Source: Eledone cirrhosa (taxonomy: Eukaryota). Taken from it: DNA of 64,000 nt. Under the pieces are notes generated by a model, which saw only the letters and a list, made by a program, of their open reading frames with translations, made no database searches and was not told where the DNA came from. Within the stretch, counting starts at the first letter, position 1; each line of letters opens with the position of its first letter. The stretch spans positions 24,118,001 to 24,182,000 of the forward strand of contig OZ024747.1 of NCBI GenBank assembly GCA_964016885.1, given 5' to 3'. Made by a program: the position numbers and the translations under genes. Of the stretch, positions 52,597-64,000 are shown one piece after another.

Positions 52597-55450
52597 TGTT
52601 GAGACAGTGTCTTAAGTGTTGGTATATGTCAACATTAATGTAGTAAAACAATGTCTTAAGTATTGGTATATGTCAACATTAATGTAGTGAGACAATGTCT
52701 TAAGTATTGGTATATGTCAACATTAATGTAGTGAGACAATGTCTTAAGTGTTGGTATATGTCAACATTAATGTAGTAAAACAATGTCTTAAGTATTGGTA
52801 TATGTCAACATTAATGTAGTGAGACAATGTCTTAAGTGTTGGTATATGTCAACATTAATGTAGTGAGACAATGTCTTAAGTGTTGGTATAAGTCAACATT
52901 AATGTAGTAAAACAATGTCTTAAGTATTGGTATATGTCAACATTAATGTAGTGAAACAATGTCTTAAGTGTTGATATATGTCAACATTAATGTAGTGAGA
53001 CAATGTCTTAGGTGTTGGTATATGTCAACATTAATGTAGTAAAACAATGTCTTAAGTATTGGTATATGTCAACATTAATGTAGTGAAACAATGTCTTAAG
53101 TGTTGATATATGTCAACATTAATGTAGTGAGACAATGTCTTAGGTGTTGGTATATGTCAACATTAATGTAGTGAGACAATGTCTTAAGTGTTGGTATATG
53201 TCAACATTAATGTAGTAAAACAATGTCTTAAGTATTGGTATATGTCAACATTAATGTAGTGAAACAATGTCTTAAGTGTTGATATATGTCAACATTAATG
53301 TAGTGAGACAATGTCTTAGGTGTTGGTATATGTCAACATTAATGTAGTAAAACAATGTCTTAAGTATTGGTATATGTCAACATTAATGTAGTGAGACAAT
53401 GTCTTAAGTGTTGGTATATGTCAACATTAATGTAGTGAGACAATGTCTTAAGTGTTGGTATATGTCAACATTAATGTAGTGAGACAATGTCTTAGGTGTT
53501 GGTATATGTCAACATTAATGTAGTAAAACAATGTCTTAAGTATTGGTATATGTCAACATTAATGTAGTGAGACAATGTCTTAAGTGTTGGTATATGTCAA
53601 CATTAATGTAGTGAGACAATGTCTTAGGTGTTGGTATATGTCAACATTAATGTAGTAAAACAATGTCTTAAGTATTGGTATATGTCAACATTAATGTAGT
53701 GAGACAATGTCTTAAGTGTTGGTATATGTCAACATTAATGTAGTGAGACAATGTCTTAAGTGTTGGTATATGTCAACATTAATGTAGTGAGACAATGTCT
53801 TAGGTGTTGGTATATGTCAACATTAATGTAGTAAAACAATGTCTTAAGTATTGGTATATGTCAACATTAATGTAGTGAGACAATGTCTTAAGTGTTGATA
53901 TATGTCAACATTAATGTAGTGAGACAATGTCTTAGGTGTTGGTATATGTCAACATTAATGTAGTGAGACAATGTCTTAGGTGTTGGTATATGTCAACATT
54001 AATGTAGTGAGACAATGTCTTAAGTATTGGTATATGTCAACATTAATGTAGTAAAACAATGTCTTAAGTATTGGTATATGTCAACATTAATGTAGTGAGA
54101 CAATGTCTTAAGTGTTGGTATATGTCAACATTAATGTAGTGAGACAATGTCTTAGGTGTTGGTATATGTCAACATTAATGTAGTGAGACAATGTCTTAAG
54201 TGTTGGTATATGTCAACATTAATGTAGTGAGACAATGTCTTAAGTGTTGGTATATGTCAACATTAATGTAGTGAGACAATGTCTTAAGTGTTGGTATATG
54301 TCAACATTAATGTAGTGAGACAATGTCTTAGGTGTTGGTATATGTCAACATTAATGTAGTAAGACAATGTCTTAGGTGTTGGTATATGTCAACATTAATG
54401 TAGTGAGACAATGTCTTAAGTATTGGTATATGTCAACATTAATGTAGTAAGACAATGTCTTAGGTGTTGGTATATGTCAACATTAATGTAGTGAGACAAT
54501 GTCTTAAGTGTTGGTATATGTCAACATTAATGTAGTAAGACAATGTCTTAGGTGTTGGTATATGTCAACATTAATGTAGTGAGACAATGTCTTAAGTGTT
54601 GGTATATGTCAACATTAATGTAGTGAGACAATGTCTTAGGTGTTGGTATATGTCAACATTAATGTAGTAAGACAATGTCTTAGGTGTTGGTATATGTCAA
54701 CATTAATGTAGTGAGACAATGTCTTAAGTATTGGTATATGTCAACATTAATGTAGTGAGACAATGTCTTAGGTGTTGGTATATGTCAACATTAATGTAGT
54801 GAGACAATGTCTTAAGTATTGGTATATGTCAACATTAATGTAGTGAGACAATGTTTTAAGTGTTGGTATATGTCAACATTAATGTAGTGAGACAATGTCT
54901 TAAGTGTTGGTATATGTCAACATTAATGTAGTGAGACAATGTCTTAAGTGTTGGTATATGTCAACATTAATGTAGTGAGACAATGTCTTAAGTGTTGGTA
55001 TATGTCAACATTAATGTAGTGAGACAATGTCTTAAGTGTTGGTATATGTCAACATTAATGTAGTGAGACAATGTCTTAAGTGTTGGTATATGTCAACATT
55101 AATGTAGTGAGACAATGTCTTAAGTGTTGGTATATGTCAACATTAATGTAGTGAGACAATGTCTTAAGTGTTGGTATATGTCAACATTAATGTAGTGAGA
55201 CAATGTCTTAAGTGTTGGCATATGTCAACATTAATGTAGTGAGACAATGTCTTAAGTGTTGGTATAGGTCAACATTAATGTAGTGAGACAATGTCTTAAG
55301 TGTTGGTATATGTCAACATTAATGTAGTGAGACAATGTCTTAAGTGTTGGTATATGTCAACATTAATGTAGTGAGACAATGTCTTAGGTGTTGGTATATG
55401 TCAACATTAATGTAGTGAGACAATGTCTTAAGTGTTGGTATAGGTCAACA
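52597..55450. repeat. 44-bp minisatellite, about 65 copies, in PITPNC1 intron 1
   Basis: Unit gtgttggtatatgtcaacattaatgtagtgagacaatgtcttaa with point variants; no spacers. Confidence 0.98.
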
Positions 55451-56036
55451 TTTACATCACCAGTCTGGAACTCCTATTTTGCTCAGAATATTGATCTCCT
55501 GGAAACTGTTCAGAGACGTGCAACCAAACGAATACCCTCCATCAGGCATCTACCATTCTCTGAACGCTTTGCTTCCCTGGACATGGATACATTAAAGCTC
55601 CGTCTGGCAACTGACTTGGTAAACACCCACAAAATTATTAACCATCTTGCCAACAACAACCCTGAGCACCTTTTTGAATTCCATGTGTCTAACACCCGTG
55701 GACATGCCCACAAAGTCAGAAAACAGCACAGCTCCCATGACTTTCGGAAACATTTTTTCATGCTCAGAGTTACTGAAGCGTGGAACAAACTACCTGCATC
55801 AGTTGTTAGCTGTCGAGACACTGCATCCTTTAAAACTTCCATGGTTCCTGAAATTTGCCAACACTACACCTGATATTCCCCCTCCATACATACGCACACA
55901 TGTATCTGTGTGTATCATAGCATATGCACTTTCCTAACATTTGTACATTATTCTATTTACTATACATACATCTTTGATGAGTTGGAGTGCACCTGAACAC
56001 TGTACACAATAATTTTCATTATTATTATATTATTAT
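55451..56036 (+). mobile_element. CR1-clade LINE 3' fragment
   Basis: SPVWN....IDLLETVQRRATK, TRGHAHK and RKHFF..RV..AWNKLP motifs; stop at 55871-55873; (ATT)n tail. Confidence 0.9.
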
Positions 56037-56042
56037 ATCTCC

Positions 56043-56466
56043 TTAACCCTTTTGTTACCATGTTTCTTATGAAATTTACTGCCTATATCTTTAAAATCTT
56101 GAAAATAATGTCAAGGATTTTCATAATATAACTAACTTTTTCATTATTAAGCTAGTGTTTGGAACATAATTGTTTCTACTTTAGGCACAAGGCCAGCAAT
56201 TACCCAGTGCATTACTGGTACTTTATTTTATCGACCCCGTAAGGATGAAAGGCAAAGTCAACCTCGGCGGGATTTGAACTCAGATCGTAAAGGGACGTAA
56301 CTATGCTGGAAAGCATGGCGTCCGACCCTCTACCGATACTGCCAATCCACTTTTTTACATAAAATTATGATCGAAGGGCTCTGGAGAAATATAAACACTT
56401 TGAAATAAATAGATTTGTATCATAGGACTAGAGGCAGTTTCAGGAGGATTTGTACTAAAAGGGTTA
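56043..56466. mobile_element. TTAA-flanked MITE family B with a nested SINE-B (about 56168-56350); other copies at about 21241-21650, 34783-35120 and 61760-62170
   Basis: ttaacccttttgttacca ... tactaaaagggttaa; shared internal tcattattaagct.gtgtttggaacataa. Confidence 0.75.
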
Positions 56467-56477
56467 ATCAGGTGCTC

Positions 56478-56760
56478 ATCTTCTTTGCCCACTTATTCCT
56501 GGGAGGGTTGTGGGGTCAGAGTCCTCAAGCATCCTTTCCAGTAGATCCTGTCAATTAGTCATCTCCAATTGATCTGGCTGGATCCCAAGCAAGACCAGCC
56601 GAGTTCATGGATGTTATCCAACCATCTTGCTCGAGATCTGTGCCTGGGCTTCCTGCCAGCTGGTTTTGCCTGTAAAATCTGTCTAGCAATTCTTTCCTTC
56701 AACATTCTATTCATATGTCCATAGTATCAGTGCTGTGATCTCTCCATTCAGAGAAGTAGG
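56478..56760 (-). mobile_element. Second RTE-type LINE 3' fragment (a related piece lies at about 62910-63000)
   Basis: Minus frame YYGHMNRM..ERIARQILQAKPAGR; shared ttctttgcc.acttattcctg.gagggttgtgg end. Confidence 0.6.
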
Positions 56761-57790
56761 GTGACTTTATTGTGTGTGTTACTTGACTAATCAGGTGTTA
56801 CTTATCAAAATTGTCATTATAATGAGTGGAGGGCACAAAACTAAACACTCCTCTAATTTATATTTCACTCTCGTCTCCATCTGGCCACGATAGTCGTTTG
56901 TCCTGCTAGAAACACCAGCCAAATACCCCTCAAATCACACATACCCTACCAACATAAATAAAGATCATATTCCTTAAAAGACGAGATGGTCACGTTTGGA
57001 ATGATTTTAATCATACTTCTGGTTTGCTCAATCAGTCTTGACTGGGGATTACACAATTTGCTTTCACTTCATGGCTTGCTAAAATGGCATTGCTTGAAGT
57101 AGCATCGCCTGCACTATTCTCCATTGTCACATATATATTTCTGTCCACTGGAGCCATGAAGCAATATTTATCTGATGTTTTACTAAGGATATGAGATGGT
57201 AGATTTGGAGTGGCTCTTTCAGTATATCTCCTTCACTATCCTCCAGGGTAACACCTTCGTAATTCACATTTGTAGTTCTGTCTGTTAAGATGGTAGTGTT
57301 GTCAATTAATGTTTTTTTTACAGTTTTGTTTTAAGTATCTGTCAACACTATATTCTATATTCTCCATATGCTTATTATAATACATATTTCATGAAGATAA
57401 ACTCGGCATTTAAATCTTTAATATTTTCATTACTCTATATTTACTGTTGTTTTTTCACATAATATCGATGAAATTTTGATATTATTTATTTTGAGAATAA
57501 TACCTTAACATCAGTATGAGTGGCTGGTTACAGCTGAGTTGAACAGAAAGAGGTGAGAGAGTTCTGGCTGGATATGGCCCGTTTAAATGCTAAAGGGTTA
57601 AACACACATGACAAAAACTTTAATTATCTAAATTGAAAGGTCACAATCATATATATTGAAGTAAAAATAAACTCAGCTGATCAAATTTCTGCAAGTTTTT
57701 TATTATTAAACAATTGTAATTAAAAAAAGATAAAAGTAAAAAACTTGTAGTTAACTGCATACGTAAGACTCATATACGGAAAAACATGTA

Positions 57791-57840
<50 letters not shown>

Positions 57841-57841
<1 letters not shown>

Positions 57842-59070
57842 CTGAATCAATGGTAGAACTAGAGAAGAAATTCCAAACTTGGAAGCAGGGACTAGTAAGA
57901 AAGAGTCTCAAAGTCAACATGACTAAGGTCCTTGTAAGTAGACGAGAAAATAGAACTCAGATCCCCTCAGGGAAATGGCCTTGCTTAGTATGTAGGAAAG
58001 GTGTAGGTAGGAACTCCATTCTCTGCCCCAAATGCAAACAATGGGTACACAAGAGATGTAGCGGGATCTCAGGAAGCTTAATTAAGAATGTAGGCTTCAC
58101 ATGCAGCAGCTGTGCTGGGACAGCAAGCAGCTAACAGCCACAGGAAACAAGTACCACCAATCTCTGGGAGGGCTCTGTAGAAACAGTAGACAGCTTCTGC
58201 TACCTAGGTGACCGAATTAGCAGCGGAGGTGGGTGTTCAGAAAGTACAATAACTAGGGTAAGAACGGGATGGAAGAAGTTTAGGGAACTACTACCACTGC
58301 TAGCTGCAAAAGGCTTCTCCCTCAAAATGAAAGGCAGACTGTATGATGCGTGTATCCGAACAGCGATGTTGCATGGTAGTGAGACCTGGACGCTGAAGCT
58401 GGAAGACTTACGTAGATTAGAAAGAAACGAAGCCTGCATGCTCCGATGGATGTGTAACAATAATATACGCGAACGACAAAGCATAAATGAATTGAGAGAG
58501 AGACTGAGCATAAGAGGAATCAAGTGCTGTGTGCAGGAGAGGCAGTTGCGTTGGTATGGACATGTGATGCGTATGAAGGATGACAGCTGCATAAAAAGGT
58601 GCAGAGCACTAGAAGAAGTCGATGGAAACCGCAGAGTGGGGAGACCAAGATGACCTGGGATGAGGTGATAAAAGCCGACCTTACCCAATTACACCTCTCA
58701 AAGGCGATGACACACAACCGTGACCTCTGGCGTCACGCAGTAATACAGAGTACCTGACCTCCCATGGGTACAAGCTGAAGCATATAGACAATATGTCCCC
58801 ACACCCCCCACTGCAAGGTGGTCGTGGAGGTGCCACGGCAAAAAAGCACCCAGCCCACACTGTAAAGTGGATGTGTAGGCGCCACGAAAAAGCACCCAGC
58901 ACTCACTGTAAATGAGGTTGGTGTTAGGAAGGGCATCCAGCTGTAGAAATCAAGCCAAATCAGTTCCTGTATGAGCAAGGCATGGTCAGCCGACCAGACA
59001 CTGCCCACAACAGGACAACCCGTCTAACCCATGCTAGCGTGGAAGAACGGATGTAAAACGATGATGATGA
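57841..59070 (+). mobile_element. 5'-truncated RTE-clade LINE (RT C-terminal part with embedded PHD finger, plus 3' UTR)
   Basis: AES..EL..KF..WK.GL..KSLKVN, FCYLGD.ISSGGG, LHGSETW, LRWYGHV.RM and GRPR motifs; one in-frame stop at 58132 and a frameshift near 58650; (ATG)n tail; begins at a (TA)n tract. Confidence 0.93.
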
Positions 59071-59746
59071 TATATATATATAAGCATTTATATATCTGTA
59101 TGTATGTATATGTAGCAATATCCGTAGGTGTGAAAAAGGAAAACAATGGGAAAACAAAGGAAAACAATTGGGAAGAGAGCAAAAATATTATATTATTTAT
59201 TTATATGAACATAAATAAATGATATAATGTAATATATATATATACCAAGCCAGAAACAGTTCTATGTGTGCAAGACACAGCCACCTGACCCAACTGGCCT
59301 CAAACAGGACAACCCATCTAACCCATGCTAGCGTAGAAAAATGGATGTTAAGTGATGACAATATATATATATGTATATATGTAAACGAAACTTCCTCGTT
59401 TTTTAATATATATATATATTTGGCCCATTATCACACATTGGCTACGAAAGTCATTTACATTGAATTTTCCTTTCATTTCAATATAGAGAAGACTGACAAG
59501 CATTTGCCTTTGAAAATTTCCTAATTATCAGTTCAAAGAAATGCACTGATTTCTCCCTTCCTCCTTATCTCTATGAAGTCTTGAATTCAGTTTCAGTTCT
59601 CAGATATAACCAATTTATTTCACTGGCATCACTAACATTATTGACAAAGGCATGAATGTCACTTAAGCCTATTTTATGTGCTGTCAGATAATGAAGCTGT
59701 CTTTACAAGACCACTGCATGCTGTTAAGACTTAAGAAAGTCTAGAC

Positions 59747-59910
59747 CAGGCATAGGCAACCTTTTTCAAGCAGTTGGCTGCATAGGATGTTGCTTATCAT
59801 GAGGCAGGCTGCACTACTAAAAAATTCAAAGCAATTTTGAAATTAAGCATGCCATTCAGAATGCCAAATGGGCCACAAGTGGCTCGCAGGTCACAGTTTG
59901 CCCATGACTG
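59747..59910. mobile_element. hAT-Charlie-like MITE
   Basis: TIRs caggcataggcaac / gtttgcccatgactg; 8-bp TSD gtctagac and gactagac, resembling the Charlie NTCTAGAN target. Confidence 0.75.
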
Positions 59911-60055
59911 GACTAGACCTATTGTCAAAGGTATTCCAGCTGAGACAAACCTGTCTGTTTGTTTATCACTGACTACCGTGCTCAGTGTACTGGCATGGTG
60001 TGATTTGACTGCTATTTCTAGCAGGTCAAGCAGCAAGGCTTGCCAAAACCACACA

Positions 60056-60284
60056 TTAACCCTTTAGCATTTATATTACTCTATATATACTATTATATTT
60101 TCACAGTAAAGGCTTTACCTCACATAATTATCTCACATAATATCGAATCTATGAGATTTTGATATTATTTATTTTAAGAACAATACCTTAACATCAGTAT
60201 GAGTGGTTGGTTACGGCCGGTTTGAACAGAAAGAGGTGAGAGAATTCTGTCCAGATACGGCCAGTTTAAATGCTAAAGGGTTAA
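60056..60284 (+). mobile_element. Full-length TTAA-flanked MITE family A (221 bp plus TSDs)
   Basis: TTAA|ccctttagcattta ... taaatgctaaaggg|TTAA; perfect 14-bp TIRs with CCC/GGG ends, typical of the piggyBac superfamily. Confidence 0.9.
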
Positions 60285-60786
60285 GCCAATGTATATGATG
60301 ACTGTTACTCTTTGAGCAGCTGTGATGGGATTTGAACTCAGAATGTGAAGAGTCATGTCTCTTCTAGCTTGGCCATCTACTGGCCATAAACGTTAGTGTC
60401 TATGTTCAAATCCTGTCAACTTCGCAATATAATCCATCAGGGTTGATAAATAAAGTACCAGTTTACTACTGGGAGTAGCTTCTTCTTCCACCTTTCTTTC
60501 TGTTTTATAAGGGGCAATTTATAATCCTTGTCACATTGTGTGCCATGTTGAATCTCCCTGAGAATTATGTTAAAGGTACATATGTTTGGGGAATATTCAG
60601 CCACTAACATGTTAATTTCACAATCCACCTACTTGTATCCCAAATGTTACAGTGTGTAACGCCTTTGTAATCGCCTTTTAAACTTGCCAATCTTTACTGT
60701 AAATATATCTTAAACAAGTCTCTCAGATGGACAATTTATTCTTCTCTAACACACACACACTGTCTCTTTCTCTCCTTCACGCAAAC

Positions 60787-60849
<63 letters not shown>

Positions 60850-62454
60850 CCCCTTTCACATACATACTATTGCTCTTTTACACAGTCTCTCTTACTCACA
60901 AACAGTCTTTTTTTCACAAACACAAAGTTTCTTTTTTACACACACACAGTCTCTCTCTCTCTCTCTCTCTCTCATACACACATACACACACACACACAGT
61001 CTCTCTCTTTCTCTCACACACACATAGCTTCACATACACATGTGCATAAACACACTCCCCCTCCATCTAATCTATCCTTCTCCCTCTCTTAAGAAAACAC
61101 TCATATGACCTTTAACCTGTTGTAACATTGAGTGACCTCTGGCCTTTTGTTCTTAAAATGTTTATAACTAAACTAGTAATATTTCCCATGATTATTATAT
61201 AAATATTTATAAATAGCCCAAAATTATTATATAAATATTTATAAATAAACCCTTCCCTCAGCCAAAAAATAAATGAATAAAAAAAAGTATTTTCTTTTTT
61301 ATGGCTATTCCCTCTTTGGGTAATACCACATTGATATTGGGATAATCCCTGTTAATCCCTCCCCTAAATTAATCTGTTTCTCTGAGATTTGTGTAATTGT
61401 TTGAGCTGCAAGCCTCAGTCCAGATTATCTCATCTGCACTTCAAATATCTCTTTTATATAAGTCCACGCTTGGCTCTCGTCACTAATCCATTATTAATTC
61501 TCTTCTGATAGGATTTTCTCTGCCCTTTCATCATATGCAACAGGATACATTCTCCTCTCATCTCAACTTAAATCTTTAAATCTTTGCTCAGTTTTTTTTT
61601 TCATTTTGTTTTGTTGTTTTTTTCTTTCAATATATTATTTTCAAACATTGCTTTAAAGTTTAACAATAAACTATTTCTTCTCCCTCCTACTTCATAAACA
61701 CTTTTCATACCAACCTGCACGAAACCACCTTTAATTTTATGACACAAAACTGTTTATACCAACCCTTTCATCACCATATTTCTAATGAAAGACACTGCCT
61801 ATGATTTTCAAATAACGTTTGGAAATAATTAAGAATTATTAAGCTGCTATTTGGAACATTACATAACAAAAGTTTTTACATAAAATTAAGATGGAAGCTA
61901 TTTACATAAATATAAACACTTTTATTCTTTGGTTGCCATATTTCTAATGAAACATGCTGTCTATGATTTTTAAATAATTTTGAAAATGATCAGGAATTTG
62001 GAGGGATTTAGTAATATAACTAACTTTTTCATTACTAAGTTGATGTTTGGAATATAACAGAAGTTCTTACATAAAATTATAATGGAAGATTTATAGATAA
62101 GTGTAAACACCTTAAAATAAACAGCTTACTTAGGAGGGTCAGTTTTAGGTGGTTTGGTGTCAAAAGAGTGAAGGTTTAACAATAACCTACTTCTTCTTAA
62201 CCCCTGCCAACTTGGCTCAAACTACCTTTGTTTATATGAAAGAAAACTACACATTTTAATTGCTTTGTATTTAAATTAGTCATCCTACATAATTTGATAT
62301 AAGAACCGTTTGTTAAATTACATTACAAATACTGCCTTAATAATGACATAATAAATAATTAATAATTTTAGTAAATCCCTCCCAAATCTCCATTAAATAA
62401 TTCAAATGAAGAAATATAGACATTAGAAATATATTCATATTTAGTTTCTCAAGT

Positions 62455-62842
62455 AAAGCACCACACAATACTACCATACACCACACTAACAAACACACAC
62501 ACAACACCATCATACATCACGTTAACACACACACCACCACACCACACTACACCACACTAACACACACACCACCACATCAACACCATCATACACCACACCA
62601 ACACACACACAATACTAAACACACTCACACCACACCAACACAACACCATCATACACTACCACACCACACTATCATACATCACCACACTAACACTAACAAC
62701 TCTACTGTACACCACCATATGACACTACTATTTACCACCACACTAAACACTAAAACACACAATGCAACTATACACTACCACACCACACTACCATACACCA
62801 CACAACACCATCATACACTACCACACCACACTAACACACACT
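62455..62842. repeat. CA-rich low-complexity (CACCA/CACTA) tract
   Basis: Directly visible; reverse-complement-like tracts at about 11260-11460 and 13130-13310. Confidence 0.85.
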
Positions 62843-63639
62843 CAAAACAGGGAAATGTATATATTCACTGTAATATGAATACCCAATAGTGGGTGTGTAT
62901 ATTGTTGTTGTTCTTCTTTGCCTACTTATTCCTGAGAGGGTTGTGGAGGCAGTCCTCAAACACTTCTTCCAACAGGGCCCTGTCAGAAGCAACTGGTCTC
63001 CAACTGATATATTGTTTTTTAACAAATACCTTGAATTGTTATACAGTGAGAATACAATTGAAAGAGAGAGATGTTTTATACACTGAGAAGAAAGGATACT
63101 CACTAGTGTGTATATATTACATTTGTAACAAAAAACTTGAAATTGTTTAACAAGGTTGGGAGTACTATTCAGTTGTGTCATGTCAATGACAACTTCCCTG
63201 GTGTTGGTGATCTACACAATAAACACACCCAAGACAGTCTGTAAAATGGTTGGTGATAGGAAGGGATTCCAACTTTTAGAAATCTGACAAACAAAGGGTT
63301 GGGAGAATTCTTCAGCTGTGTCGAAGCCATGAAAATTTCCTTGGTACTGCATTAACACACATTTCCCTGGTATTGCATTATTTGTGATTTTGTCACAAAT
63401 ACTGTATTTGCTAATCTATCTCTGGCGAAATTTTATTGTAAGTGATTCATATTGATACAGCAACTGGAGAATCTAATAATAATTTCATTTTACATTAACA
63501 AACATTATATATGACAAAATAAGAACATTACAAGAAATCCCATATTTACGAACATACACTATAAAATTACCTGCCCCCCCCCCCCCTCATTATTTGGGAC
63601 CTGAGAGTACATAGACTGTAGGTGAATTGAGTTATATAT

Positions 63640-64000
63640 AATTGTTTCTACTTTTGGCACAAGGCCAGCAATTACCCAGTACATTACCGGTACTTTATTT
63701 TATCGACCCCCGTAAGGATGAAAGGCAAAGTTAACCTTGGCGGGATTTGAACTCAGAATGGCAAGGGCCGTAACTCTATGCGTCAAAGCATGGCGTCCGA
63801 TCCCCTACCGATACTGCCAATCCACCGCCCTTAATTGAGTTATATATAATTGTTTCTACTTTAGGCACAAGGCCAGCAATTACCCAGTGCATTACTGGTA
63901 CTTTATTTTATCGACCCCGTAAGGATGAAAGGCAAAGTCAACCTCGGCGGGATTTGAACTCAGATCGTAAAGGAACGTAACTATGCTGGAAAGCATGGCG
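63640..64000 (-). mobile_element. Two tandem SINE family B copies (second runs off the window)
   Basis: 63640-63830 matches 52142-52332; 63848-64000 matches 56168-56350. Confidence 0.88.

Noticed and set aside
52597-55450. CRISPR-like array (palindromic 44-bp repeats)
   Set aside because: Units are contiguous with no unique spacers, there are no cas genes, and the context is a eukaryotic intron.

Overview
Eukaryotic, AT-rich, repeat-dense genomic DNA. The SINE/LINE/MITE families and long (TA)n tracts suggest an octopus or other coleoid cephalopod (inference). Almost all ORFs in the supplied track are microsatellite or repeat artefacts. Two real spliced genes lie on the + strand. (1) A USP12/USP46-family deubiquitinase: 8 exons resolved from 14762 to the stop at 29349, with intact Cys-box and His-box. 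Its first coding exon is uncertain; the best candidate is 4554-4586, which uses a GC donor. (2) The first coding exon (50671-50718, MYVKEYRICMPLSVEE) of a PITPNC1/RdgB-beta phosphatidylinositol transfer protein gene, whose intron 1 appears to run past the window end. The rest consists of RTE and CR1 LINE fragments, a Penelope-like remnant, Tc1/mariner remnants, TTAA- and hAT-type MITEs, two tRNA-derived SINE families, four minisatellites and several kb of microsatellite. The most unusual signals are: a perfect 375-bp palindrome downstream of the USP gene carrying a degenerate hammerhead-ribozyme-like core; further foldbacks carrying hammerhead half-motifs; inverted MITEs bracketing USP exons; and local duplications of USP splice sites that could give an alternative Cys-rich N-terminus. 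No CRISPR array or prokaryotic system is present. I cannot claim a demonstrated novel system.
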